NCBI GenBank assembly: GCA_000091205.1 | Contig: AP006488.2 | From: Cyanidioschyzon merolae | Taxonomy: Eukaryota | Direction: 5' to 3' (one strand) | Length of the DNA stretch: 64,000 nt | Shown here: positions 21,391 through 33,128 of the stretch, in pieces | Numbering within the stretch: the first letter of the stretch is position 1 | How the letters are laid out: the number at the start of each line of letters is the position of its first letter | The notes under the pieces: model-generated | What the model was told of the DNA's origin: nothing | Database searches by the model: none | The model's input: the letters and a program-made list of their open reading frames with translations, nothing else | Position numbers and translations under genes: made by a program

Positions 21391-22925
21391 AGAAAGTACA
21401 AAGAGTTGATTGGTAACTGCTATGCCGCTCCAAACTCACTCAGGTGCGTTATGGGGTACACTACGTAAACGAGTCGGTATGCGAGCGAACAACAGCGCGA
21501 GCGACTCAGTTTTCTCGATGCCAAAACGTTTAGATTGACCAAAGATCCCAGATTGCGGGATGCGTATTGATGATCGAAAAAGCGTCCACCATGCTGCAGC
21601 ACCCTACCTCCAAGTTCTATTTTTCGCACTTCCTTTCAGATATACTGGTTATTTCTTAGGTTCTGATTTGCACCTAACATGCCATGAGCACCCGTCCTGG
21701 CGCATATACCGCTGGTGCAGATGCATCACGGAGACGGAAAAGCTTTTCCAGCACCACCACTGAGGGCGTCGAATCGAGGAACGCTTCACCTGGTACGGAT
21801 TCGCAGTACATAGTCATGCTGAAGGCCTGCGAGCAGCGCAGACAGACCTACAGCCTGCGGCAGCGAGAAGCGGCATGCCAGGTGTCCACCGCGAACAGGG
21901 CGACGCTCAGAGGCGTCATACCCGCTGCGAGCTCCTGAATGAACTGCGTTGCGGACAAACTGCTCACATCTCACTACAGCATCCGTCAATTGCGGGGGCG
22001 GGAGGCGGGTATGCAGCGCTAGCCCGGGAGACTCGTTCAGCTCGCGGGACCTTCCGCTAGTACAGTGAACTTTTGACAATATGGAAACTTGTTCCCCATG
22101 TAACGTTTCTTGTGGTGGTGAAAAGAGATTCTAGTCTCGTTGCTATCTAGTGGTTAGTTTCTGTTCTTCTCTCTATAGAGCGGTCCGTACGTGCTCTCCG
22201 ATATCAGGAAGGTACGAAACGCGACGCGCATCTCGCCGTTACACATCAACGCTATCCTGATGATTAGCGTGTTTCTCTATCGTACAAGATGTGTTTCGGT
22301 TGAAGCCATAGCAAATTATCGTCTTTCGATTCAGCTGTGCTCCAGCCCTAGCATTAGCGTTTTCAAGTGCTTTTTCGTGGTTTATAGCAGAAGCGTTCGT
22401 AGCGGGTTCGTTTTCAAAAATAAAAAAAGAAAAGCCATGGGGAAGGAAATGGAGGATCCGGTAGGCTCGGCGCCGCCGATCGCCGAAAACAAAAACTAAA
22501 AACACTGCCAAGCCCAGAGGATCAAGACAAGGCGAATATGAAGAAATGGGAGGCTCGACCTCAAAAGCGACACAAAAGGCGACAGTACGACGAGAATGTA
22601 GTGAAAGCATTTCTTCTACTCAAGACCAAGAATCCCTACAAGCAGGAGTTGCGAAAGGCCATCAGAAACCGTGTCGCGTCGTACTCCATCAGTATCATTA
22701 AGGCTTCTTCAGGACTGATGCATAAGGTGAGCGAGACGTATCGCGACATCACGGACAGCAGAACAGTCGAGGTTCCGGGAGAATTCTTCAGCGAGGCCTT
22801 CATCAAGCACCTGCTACGTGGCACAGGGGAAACTTCGAGGAGAAATGAGCGAGTGTATGCCCTCCAGGAAAATTATATCGTCTAACGCTTGAACGGTACG
22901 ATATAAAGGTGAGCTCGAATTTTTA

Positions 22926-23100
22926 CATCTACGGGGCGGTGAAGTACACCACGAATCTGAAGAAACATTTGAGCATGAACCTAAAACGCTTCACGAAACG
23001 CTGCATCATATTTAAATCTACGGGGCGATGAAGTACACCACGAATATGAGGAACCATTTGACCATGAACCTCAAACGCATCATGAAACGCTCCATCTTTG
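22926..23100 (+). repeat. Tandem duplication of roughly 88 bp x2 inside A2, absent from A3.
   Basis: 'atctacggggcg(g/a)tgaagtacaccacgaat...' appears twice in tandem. A3 encodes this segment ('YTYGAMKYITNLKN') only once. Confidence 0.7.
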
Positions 23101-24599
23101 CGCTGTACCCGGACCTCTCACACAAAGGGAAATGGGCCACCATGAGTAGCATCACGAACGATCGACAGCATGAACAGGAGATCGAATTCGCCGGTGAGGA
23201 GGCATCGCCCAGTACCATGAATGAAGCTCCTGTGGTCCGTGCGGCTGTCCAAGAGCACCGCGGAGGTCTGGGGCTGGCCAATCCAGAAGAAAAGGTATCA
23301 GAGATGGAAAAAGATGCTATCCCCTGAACCTGCGGTATTTCGTGTTTTTGGAACGAAGAACTCGAACGCAAGGCGCATATGGATCTGGGCATGGAGGTAT
23401 GTTGAGAGTCTTTGAAACGGATGGCTGGGCTTCTGGAGAAGCGCTTCAACGTCGTTCCGTTATGAAAGATCATGTCGTACTGTGTCACAATCGATTCCAG
23501 AGTCCTTCATGGCATCATGAGGAAGATTTGTTCGTAGTTCGATTCAGGCAGGGAGAGGTTCACCGGCGAAACCGGGAGACTTGTCGGAAGAATATCTTTG
23601 ATTTCAAATGTCTTAAAAGGAGCACAAAAAATGTATTCAGGGGTACGATTGGGAGCGATGGACTACCCATACGTTTGCACTATCGGCGCTTGATGGCGGA
23701 TCGTACGACGCAGGAGGTGCAGAAGAACGACTTTGTCGTTGACGTGGATTCTGCGAAATCGAATGTCAAGACCACCGCAGCACCCAAGTGTGCGCAAGAT
23801 GGTATCGACGGCAACTTATGCCAGAAAGGCATGTGTCTTATAACGTTCGCGAGAGCGAGACACTAACGAGAATCAGGAATCATGAACATGAGGAAAAAAA
23901 GTGAGACTTCGAATACAGATGTGAAGAAGCACCTGGAAGTGATCAGCCAGGCCACTTGCCATGGAGCGGACTTGCAAGCCTCTGTAGCGTTCATGAAAAT
24001 TCGAGCTGCTCATAACGAGTTGCTGTGGGAAAAGTACTCAATGACCCGGCGAGTTCGCCAGCGTCTCAACCTGCACTACGGAAAGCAGCACGCACTTGCC
24101 AATTTCCTCCATGAGGTGAGCGCCCTCACGGAGTACATGAGTCTAAGCCTCCTAGCAGCATACGTAGCATGGCGCTTGGCCTTCCAAAAAAGGGATCATA
24201 CGCTCTCCATCGACGAGAGCGTACCAGGCGTGCGCACAGCGCGTTGTCACAATACCGATGGATGAGTTCCGAACGTCATGAATACAGCATGAGCTGGGAA
24301 GTACACTTCAGAGGGTCAAGACGGAATAGTGCCAGCGGAGCCCTGAGGATATTGAAAAAGCATGGAGCGCCGACAGAACAGGAAATGGCACGGAGGGCAA
24401 AAGTTCGAGGAATCCTTGCATTAGTGAGTGCAAGCGACAGCAAGAAACTGATGGAGTTTGCGAACCGGGACTTTAACGCCGCTATCAATATCAGACGATG
24501 TGCCGTGCCTGAGACGAGCGCCGAAGAGCTGAGACGATCCAACTTCATGGGCAGCCCCTCAAGGCGGATTTGTCGAAGAAGAAGTCGAAACCGATAGTA

Positions 24600-24705
24600 G
24601 GTGGCCGGTCGCAATAAGCCGGGAGGCGTCTGCACGTGGGCGGCCAGACATATGGTCTATGGCGAGCGGAGCCTAGCGCGCTGCTCGCCACCACCGTACA
24701 CCGCG
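24600..24705 (+). ncRNA. Candidate omega-RNA/fRNA scaffold: the conserved 3' tail of family A copy A2.
   Basis: 'ggccggtcgcaataagccgggaggcgtctgcacgtgg...ccaccaccgtacaccgc' is homologous to the A1 and A3 tails downstream of the TAG stop. Confidence 0.3.
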
Positions 24706-25568
24706 TGCAAACCTGCGCCGCTCGCAAGGCGTTCGTTGTTGACGGCCGTGGTCGAATCCGCAGAGGCATGCAACACCCCTCGATGATATGTCATCTGCAG
24801 GAGCAGCATCGTCGTACACAGTCGCATCGACGATAAATGAATCACCTGTTTGTCGGGAATGATGCGCTCTGAGGCGTTCATTTCCCTGACGCGTACCGAG
24901 CGCACCTGTTTCCCTTTGCGATACCGGACCAGGTTCAGTTCAAGCGAAAGCGACCCTGTACAGAGTACCGTTTGATCCCTCGGAAACTGGCCGCGTTTGC
25001 GCTCTCGGAAGAGACAGGTTCGATGATTCGTTTCTGTATCGTCTAGAAAAATCGATCCCGAGACCTGCGAATCACACCCAAGACCCTACTGAGTCCTGAA
25101 ATCGACGACGAAACGTACAGGAACACCGGTAGTGAGCGGCATCCGCTGGCGTCTGGTCAATTCTGGAAGCATACCAGGGAGCGCCTGTGCTAGCATCCAT
25201 ACATGCCCATATTGGATCCGATGCGCTAGCGTCACAATACGCGTCGTTTCCGATTCGGAGTTCCAGCTTTGAACATCGTGGATCACACTCGCGCTTCGGT
25301 GGTTTCCAGGGTTCTCGCCTGAAACGGCGCCGATGCAGCCGCACCGATGTCTTTCGATGCTCCTTCGAACAAGAATCATTTTTGAATATAATACTGGTGC
25401 TGTTTTTGTGTTGCTTATCGTGACCAAATCATCTGAGTGACATGCTCTGCCATGCGCGCTGCGCGCGCATCGAAATCGTCGATTATTCAATGCTGCATCA
25501 CGAACGCAGACCCGGCGCCATGTGTCGTAAGGAGGCGTCGCTGATCCACAAGCGCTGCACCTGGCGTA

Positions 25569-26444
25569 CTATCGAGCGCCCGCGTTTCCTGAGCCGAGTC
25601 TGAAGCCCTTCAATCGACGCCAATCACGTCGATTCATCTCGCTCAAGATCTCTCGCATCAGTTTATAAAACCTGGAATCGTGCTCTGCGTGCTCATTGTG
25701 CGCAAGCTCGTGTGCCAGTACTTCCCGAATAGCGTCATATCGGCGAAATCCGGCCAAATCATCGGTTCGCAATCGCAGATAAATCGCAGCACCGCGACCT
25801 TGATTCAGTCCAAGGACGCAAACCGGATCGACGCCGACTCGACCGTCAGGAGCCATTTCACAGAGTGCACCCACTCGCCAGTGCCATTTCTGCATAACGT
25901 AATTAACACCGGGATCTCTAGCCAGCTGTTCTAACAAAGAATGGGCCTGATGAGCATCGGCAAAGTTCCCGAGCACCCGAAGCTCGGAGAAGCCCCAACG
26001 CGAGCAGCTCCCAACCGGTGCGCGCGGATACAGCTCGCCATCGAACGGCCGAGCCGGACGCCGTCCAGGCCCGTCAAAATCCGCCGGCCGCACAAGCGGG
26101 TCTGGTCGAGCGAGTTGAACGCGCTCCAGTGCAAACGAAGCCGTGCCGATGACGCGAAGCGGTTGCTGCTTCTGAACAGCCGCGAGGAGCGCGTCCCCAG
26201 TGCGAAGAACACGTCCTTGTGCGATCAGTTTCACAGTTTCTCTGGCAAAGTTCCAAGCTGAAGCCACCTGCTCCCGCAACTCCTCGTAAAGAGCCTCTGG
26301 ATCGGCCGCAGACACCCGCAACACGCGGTCGTTCACCCGCACCTCCAGCGACGACGCAGCGTCTGTGCAGGGTGCCCTCAGCTCTGGACTGTCCCCGGAA
26401 GCTCCGGCACCATTCGTCCCTATCTGTGCCACAGCAGAGGTCAT
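25569..26444 (-). CDS. WLM-domain (Wss1-like) zinc metalloprotease.
   Basis: 'LAHELAHNEHAEHDSRFYKLMREI' matches the WLM HExxH...H...FY signature. ATG at 26444. Confidence 0.6.
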   Translation of the reverse strand: MTSAVAQIGTNGAGASGDSPELRAPCTDAASSLEVRVNDRVLRVSAADPEALYEELREQVASAWNFARETVKLIAQGRVLRTGDALLAAVQKQQPLRVIGTASFALERVQLARPDPLVRPADFDGPGRRPARPFDGELYPRAPVGSCSRWGFSELRVLGNFADAHQAHSLLEQLARDPGVNYVMQKWHWRVGALCEMAPDGRVGVDPVCVLGLNQGRGAAIYLRLRTDDLAGFRRYDAIREVLAHELAHNEHAEHDSRFYKLMREILSEMNRRDWRRLKGFRLGSGNAGAR

Positions 26445-26711
26445 TCTAAGTCCCGCAGATCACTGGTTGCAATCTGAAGGGAACCTCGGGTCTAAAACAG
26501 CGATTTTAGCGCTCGTATCAGAATATTCCTACCTCGCACGTGAACGTACAAGCTATGCGGTACGCGTGTGGTACTGCTGAAACTGCAGTGAGCGTAGACA
26601 CGTATCGTTGGAATGAGCGCGCTGCAATCGGAACATGCAGCATGCCCGCACCGCTCGTGCGCGCTTTCGATCATCACGTCCCATCGATGGAAGCTGCGCT
26701 CGGTTTCCGCA

Positions 26712-26880
26712 GATGCGTGCGTGCGTGCGTGCGTGCGTGCGGCAGCGACACTGTGACGCCCTGGACCGTACAAAGCGTCTTAGATTCGTATCATCAGAAT
26801 TTTACCGGCAGCGACATCCTGAAGCCCTTGACCGTGCAAAGACCCTTAGATTCGAATCATCAGAATTTTATCCCGACCTG
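26712..26880. repeat. (GTGC)n microsatellite followed by a direct repeat of roughly 57 bp x2.
   Basis: 'gtgcgtgcgtgcgtgcgtgcg' followed by '...ttagattcg(t/a)atcatcagaatttta(c/t)c...' twice. Confidence 0.7.
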
Positions 26881-26887
26881 AAATCAT

Positions 26888-27559
26888 CTATTCAGAGGCT
26901 GCATTCGTGCCGTTGTCGCCGTTTTCTGGAGAACGTTGCGACTCGGGCGGCTTGCGACGCCGTCCAAATACCTTACCCATGATATCTGCGTCTTCATCAA
27001 CGTAGCCCTCGTCAACGTAGGGCAAACGGAGGTCAAAGCGTTCTCCATAATCGAAGCGCGGTATACCGAAGGACGGCCAGGGCAGTATAATGCCCCGTTT
27101 TGGTTCTTCGCCGTACCCGACCTCTTTCCAGGTCCCAGCAGTACGCTCCTTCTCTCGTTGCCGCTCCCAGGCTATTAGCGGGTCCTCGCCCGGTTTTGGT
27201 TTCTCTTTGGCGTTGAGCTGCTCCTGCACAGCTTGACGCCGCTCTGCAACGCCTTCGAGGTGCCGCCCAGCTCGGCGCGCTTCCAGCTTCTCCCGCATAA
27301 TTCTCTGTTGCTCTGCAATTTCACGCTCCCTTTGACTTTCAAGTTGTTTGTTCTGTGCGCGGTCATTCTCTCCGTCGCCGAAGAGTGGTTTGAACGCGTC
27401 AAACAAACCGGCGATAACAGCTCGGGATGTTGCCCGCGTTCGAGGTGCACGTCGCCAGTGACGTCCTGGGGCAAGGCACGCTCCTCGAGCCTGCCAACGA
27501 CAGTCCAACGCGCTCCGTACCACAGGCAAACGACTTGCTGCGAACGCGTTTACGGTCAT
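26888..27559 (-). CDS. Hypothetical protein, 223 aa, with an Arg-rich N-terminal presequence (organellar-targeting-like) and a charged coiled region.
   Basis: ORF with ATG at 27559. N-terminus 'MTVNAFAASRLPVVRSALDCRWQARG...'. No domain recognised. Confidence 0.5.
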   Translation of the reverse strand: MTVNAFAASRLPVVRSALDCRWQARGACLAPGRHWRRAPRTRATSRAVIAGLFDAFKPLFGDGENDRAQNKQLESQREREIAEQQRIMREKLEARRAGRHLEGVAERRQAVQEQLNAKEKPKPGEDPLIAWERQREKERTAGTWKEVGYGEEPKRGIILPWPSFGIPRFDYGERFDLRLPYVDEGYVDEDADIMGKVFGRRRKPPESQRSPENGDNGTNAASE

Positions 27560-28465
27560 GAAGCAGTTGCAAGAGCGCTCTGTGCGCGCTTACCCCCAGC
27601 ACTACATGTGCCTTTCTGCTACGGATGGGGCGCAAACGTGCATTCCGCAACAGGCGCAAGCCTACCATCCATTGCGGATGCGCGCATCAGGGGCGTGCGC
27701 AGCCCGCGCACTGGCGGTGCCTGCCAGCTCGGACGGCAGCATCCTCCGCGATGTACCCACAGTGGCTTCGTACGGAACAGATCCTCCACGTTACCTCCGG
27801 CGTATAAACTGAGGTTAGGGGCTATTCCTACCGCCACCAACGTAATGCGTATACAGACAGAAGATGCAAAATCAGTACATAACTTTACCACCAATACTCT
27901 TCGATTGCGGGCAACAGAGTCGCATGAATGGAAGACACCATTCTATTTAAAGCCACAGCAAAGAGAGATGTAAAGGAAGCAGTCACGGAACAAGCCCCGA
28001 GTGGCTGATGTTGATGAGCGTGTGCATCGCTGCGTCGAACACACGTGTGTATGCGCCTGTGGCGACGACACGTATCTGTCCAATTTGTGCAGATATGGAT
28101 CTATTGTGTACCATTCGGATACACGTCGCTATGTTCAAAAAGAGCCATATATACACTTTTTTCCCTAAAATAGCCGAAGTCGCCTCAGAACGATCGTGCG
28201 CCCGCTGGGCTTGTCCCGGGTGCCGACTCGGGAAGCAGCTTCGTGCACAGGCAAACATCGAAAAGCACGTGCTGCTGCTTCTGTACGGCTCCAGGCATAC
28301 GCTACACGCTTTTCTGCTCATAGACAGCGGAAGCGACAAGTTCGGTTACTGCCTTGAAGACTTAGACGCTTTAGAGAGACCATCATATCGATTGTTTCAG
28401 TTTTCTGACCTCCTCGTAACCACCACGCTCGCATCTCTGTTGCAACGGCACGCGCAGCAGCTCTC

Positions 28466-29446
28466 ATGGCAGCCAAAGCTGAACCCGGGCATCCAGAGAG
28501 TGGAAAGCTGCATCAAAGGTGGCGCAAAGCCAAGGAAGCCGGTAATCTGAGCACGTTTGCATCACCTGCAGAGCTGCGAGCACTCGTCCAAGCGAAACTG
28601 ACACCCGAGGAGCAAGTGCGTTTCGGGATGCAGTGTGCAGGGCTGGCAGCCAAGGCACTTGAGGTACTCGACAAGTCGCTTACATCTTTAGAGCAAGACA
28701 TTGAAAACGAGTCCTGTGACTGGGAAATAGAATCGGACGCTGCCATGGACCGTGTTGCCAGGCGATTCCTTGCCGATCTCGAACAGCTAAAGCAAACTGG
28801 CAGCGCGCGTCGACTCACCCAACTCAGTATTTGGCGTCGCATCAGTCGCTATGTCGTCCTGGCGGAAAGGCGAGCAGCGGAAGCGTCGCGCCAACGCGAG
28901 CATGAACTGCAGGCTGAAGGCAGTCCTTTTGTGAGGCAAGTCGCGAAGATCGCGGACCAGGCATCCAAGACTCCGGGATACCGCCAGGTCGTTGCCTGGG
29001 AGCATCTGGAAGAGCTTGCAGACGCGGCAACTGCAGATGGTGCATTCGGTTCGCAGTCGCGGTCGATGTCACGTATCTTACGTCGCCCAGAAAGTCGGTT
29101 TCGACTCTTGCTCACGAAACTAGAGCTTGGCGAGGAGCTCTGCACACCCGAGGAGCGGCGTTTGATGCTAGCATTGGATACCTCTGATGCGAGACTTGAA
29201 CCCGAACGCATGCGCTCGAGGAAGAGGGCACCTGGTGGAGCGCAGGATGGCGCCTCTGCAAAGCGCGACCACGGGAGGTCTGCATCCGTTTCGTCGTCGT
29301 CGTCGTCATCGTCGTCGTCGTTAGATCCAGAGCACGAGGACGACGTGCACCCAGCGGCCAAGAACGCGTCTTCCGTGAGAAAGAAAAGACGACATCACCG
29401 GCGACGATCATCCAATAAAAACGAAACACTGGAGAATCCTCAGTGA
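28466..29446 (+). CDS. Hypothetical coiled-coil protein with a poly-Ser tract.
   Basis: ORF with ATG at 28466. (TCG)n encodes 'SSSSSSSSSS' around 29290-29320. Confidence 0.55.
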   Translation: MAAKAEPGHPESGKLHQRWRKAKEAGNLSTFASPAELRALVQAKLTPEEQVRFGMQCAGLAAKALEVLDKSLTSLEQDIENESCDWEIESDAAMDRVARRFLADLEQLKQTGSARRLTQLSIWRRISRYVVLAERRAAEASRQREHELQAEGSPFVRQVAKIADQASKTPGYRQVVAWEHLEELADAATADGAFGSQSRSMSRILRRPESRFRLLLTKLELGEELCTPEERRLMLALDTSDARLEPERMRSRKRAPGGAQDGASAKRDHGRSASVSSSSSSSSSSLDPEHEDDVHPAAKNASSVRKKRRHHRRRSSNKNETLENPQ

Positions 29447-30440
29447 GCTAGCATTTGAGCGAGATTGCCGCTGAATCATCGCCGTGCCCTGGCCCTGTGG
29501 ATATCGCATGATGCCTCGTTTACAGCGGTTCAGTCATGATACTGGGTGGTGATTATCGCCGCCGGAATACCTCAGGACTAGACCGCGGATCGTTGGAGGC
29601 TACGCTCGCGTCCATCGCGTGTACCATGCGCTGCAAAAGTGGTGCTTGTCTGCAGCTCCACAAAGAGCACATGATCGCGTGCTGTGCTGCGAGCACCACG
29701 GCGCCGGCCTCTGTCGGCAAACGCGCTCAAAGGCGTACTCGCGACAAGCATGAATTCAGCAGGAATATTGGCGCTGGTTGAGGCACTACGACTGACTATC
29801 GAGAGACCAATCTCAGCAACCGCAGCATGCGTCGATCACTGGGGCGCAGCTTAAACTCCAGCATCGATGCGGCCGCGTCAGAGCCAGACCTGCAGACTAG
29901 TGGACAGAGCGCAGCATGCCTCATTCTGGATTTCGCAGAAGTACCCGCCAGAGACGCTTCTCATGGTAGCCAGTGGCGGATCGCGTCTATTTCGGTACCG
30001 GGAATTCGGACGGATTCCGCGTCCAGTCGACCGGGGACGGTTCACGCTCTCCACTCGGACGTCAACGCGTTTCAGTTTGGTGATGAAGGTGCTGCATTCA
30101 TCGACCGACCAGTCTGCATGACGATTCGACGAACATCGGGCGGAACCTTTGATGCATACCTCTGGAGCATGATTCGCAGAGGTGTACTTTTTTGCAGGTC
30201 GTCGAGGTGGAGCGTGTGGCGAGAGCCACATATTTGAGCGACCTCGCACCGGGCGTGATCCAAGACACCATTCGGCTGATGCTCAAGCGTGCCTCGCGTA
30301 CCCGACATGTCGTTGCTCACCTTCGTGATGCTGGTGTGCTTCTATGGGTAGCGTACTTGCGCTCGTTTGCGAAGCGTAGCGGACCTTGAGGACAAATGGC
30401 ACGCTCCAGCAGCCATGCGCTTGCATAGGTCATGCATTCA

Positions 30441-33128
30441 TCATGTGATGCTTTCCAAAGCAGCACCTAGGGCGTGGTCATCAAACACGTCGTGGAAATC
30501 CCAGAACTGCACATTCCAGCGGGGGTGGTAGCGCCGACACCAGCGCTCAAAACCCTGGATATATGCGGGTCGCAGGTGCGCATCCAAAGAGTTCCGAAAC
30601 GCCACCATGGACTCCTCGATGATCGAGGGATCCATGAGAATGCTCCCCGACAACGGATCCAGCATCACCTTGACCGGAACATGCTCATAACCCCAGAAAG
30701 GCAGTTTCGTCCCGATATCGCCGACCGCTGCCCATCGGAATGAAAACGGCACATGTCGCTGGAACGCTGCAGCGAAAGCGCGATTCCCGACTCGAGGCGA
30801 CCCAAAAGTCACACACATTACCAGATCCGATGACAGACGCAACGACTGTGAATTCTCAAAACACGTCATATCGAGGGCAGCGATGCTTGCCAGGGCCCCG
30901 CCGAGAGAGTGACCTCAAAAGATCACCGGTTTGTGGTTGCAAGATGCACTATCCAAGGAGTTCATCGCACTACACGGTTGCGCTTCGCTCGCATCTGCTG
31001 CTGCTGCTGCTGCTGCTGTAGCAGTTTCGCTTCGACACCGCGCTGCGGTCTCTGTACCCGCTAAGCTCAGCTGCTGTTGCTGCTGCCCGTGTTCACAACC
31101 GCCACGAATATCCGCACTGGACACCTCGGGAAAGCGGTTCGATGGTTGCACGCGCCTATCCAGGCTGGTAGCGACACCACAAGTGGTATCGCCGCAGGTG
31201 CTGCTCAAGGGCGCGCAAGCCGCATCCACTGCGGTTGGTGCAGTGCTCGAGGGCTCTGCAACAAGCGGTTTCAGCGTCTCCATTAACTCTTCATGCACGG
31301 ATAAATAGGCGTGCAAAAATCCACCGTGCACCATTGTAGGCACTCGTCGCCCTATGAGATACGAAAAATCCTCACCAGCCTGAGCGCGAAAATCACCAAA
31401 GCGCAGGGAACGGATCCCGCGTACGCTCAGCATATACTGCCACCATCGTCGATGTGCAAAACGGCCTCCAGGATCTAAACCGAGTTCCTGTGACAGGGCA
31501 TCATCAAGACCGCGCTCTATATGCGAATCGTCCTTGGCAAAGGCCTCCACTGATGCCTGGTGCTTCCTAGTCGAATCTATTTCGCGCTTGCTGTGTGTTG
31601 CGGGCGGTATTTGCGAACAAGTCGCAGCCGAGGTGCCGCTACGCCCGGCAGCCAAGGCAGTGGTGCTTACAGCATTCGTCGTACGAGGCATTCGAGTTGT
31701 ACCGTCGACCGTCGCTTTCGCCGGTGACTCCCGCAACGACCCGCGTTGACCGTGTTTGCTGCAGGCGCTCAAGCGCCACGTATCCTGTATTTGCGGACAT
31801 TCACGTGCATGCAGGTGCTCCTTGAGAGGAACCCGTCGGACATTCATATCTGTGCGTAAATTTCTGGTGCTTTTGGTACCGCGAAAGCTCACCACAATCC
31901 TATCCGCCAAGTCAATGACGAGCACATGTACATCTGTAACGGCGCTGGAGATATGCCGCACGACTCGTGCTTGCAGGGGGTCCATTTCGCCCACACCATA
32001 ATGATTGAACATCTCTGCATACATATGCGGGTCATGCCACGGTCGATAGGACAGGTACGCCATGTTGAAGATCAAAACATGCGTCTCGAGGACAAGTGAG
32101 CGCGAGAGCCAGCTGTCTCCATTTCGCAGTGCTTCCTGCTCTGTCTGGTAGTAGAGGTTTGCTTTGCGCAGCTCTCGCTCTGCATCCAGTGCGTCCGCTG
32201 GCCACGGTGCCGCCTGGCTGGCGCTGTGCGCGGACAACTCCCACTCGGAGGAAACGCTCCTTTGTGGGGCTCGCTTTTCTTGATATGCAGCTGGGTCCGG
32301 AGCCAGCGCAACGATCCAGGGCAGCCAAACACCCAGCACTGTCGGAGGTAAATGCACATAGAGCAGGAGCACCGATTATGTAAAGAGCATCGCGAAGGCA
32401 CCACCATTGAATCGTGCAATACCCAGCAACCGCAACGGTACGCCATCGAGGGACGCGTTCGCGCTTGGTAATGGTACCAGGCCCACTGCGATGGTATCGT
32501 TTGCAATCACGAATATATAGGATATCGCAGTAAAGACACGGTAGAAACGAGCACCCATTTGTTTGTGATGACAACAGGTATACGGCAGCTGCTGGAGCAC
32601 TCGGAAGGTGCGGTAGAGCTCCATGGCAATCCAGCCATCGAGGAAAATGCGCATGGTAACCACGAGCGCAAACGTAAGCGAGTAGGCCACTTGTTGTTGG
32701 TGTCCACGCATAGCAAACTGAACCAACATGCCCGGCCAGGTGAGTCCTAACGTCGTTCGAGACCAGCCGCAAATGGCTGTCTCCACGGCGGCGATGATCA
32801 AACAGAGACCAAATACCACGCGGTTTCGTTCTAGAAACGTGTGGCGATCCTTCATATCACGATAGAGTCGTAGAATAGCCATGGCGTGTCCATAAAAACC
32901 AAATATCCAGAACCATTGCCAGACCAGGTCGGAGACATAGAGAATGGCGATCGTGGTGCCGCTCGCTTCTCCGATATCGTTCGTGCAATTTTGCCTATCA
33001 TATTCATCGTAAAGAAAATAAATAGACCTTGTAGGAAGCAGCTGCGCATTTCGAAGGTGCGACGGATTCATCCATACCGATAGAGACGCAAAAAGTAGAC
33101 GATCGTGAAAGTAAGCTGGAGCACGCAA
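30441..33128 (-). pseudogene. Sn1-diacylglycerol-lipase-like gene: an N-terminal multi-TM domain followed by a class-3 lipase domain. One reading frame is interrupted by two in-frame stops, TAA at 32376-32378 and TGA at 30915-30917.
   Basis: Three collinear same-frame ORFs. 32376..33128 has 4-5 TM helices. 30915..32372 contains 'IVVSFRGT' and 'VHGGFLHAYLSV' (lipase_3 motifs) with long low-complexity inserts. 30441..30914 begins exactly with 'GHSLGGALASIAALD', the nucleophile elbow, and continues the lipase C-terminus. Confidence 0.55.

Larger units (their letters stand above)
22215..24705 (+). mobile_element. Fanzor/TnpB-like element, family A copy A2 (about 2.5 kb), heavily frameshifted.
   Basis: ORFs 22538..22885, 23028..23327, 23342..23866, 23882..24265 and 24169..24597 are collinear with A3 pieces. 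RuvC-I-equivalent region 'VVDVDSAKSNVKT'; RuvC-III 'NRDFNAAINIRRCAV'. Left-end homology starts at 'gaaacgcgacgcgcat' (22215). Conserved tail ends 'ccaccaccgtacaccgc' (24704). Confidence 0.65.

Noticed and set aside
30915-30917. The in-frame TGA before GHSLGG as selenocysteine or codon reassignment.
   Set aside because: No SECIS-like context was recognised, and Sec is never at this position in lipases. All other long genes lack in-frame TGA or TAA, so reassignment is implausible.
32376-33128. The multi-TM ORF as an independent transporter gene, separate from the lipase.
   Set aside because: It is in frame with and directly contiguous to the lipase ORF, with only a TAA between them. A 4TM-plus-lipase_3 layout is a known architecture (DAGL), so a single disrupted gene is more parsimonious. 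Independence remains possible if the TAA is genuine and ancient.
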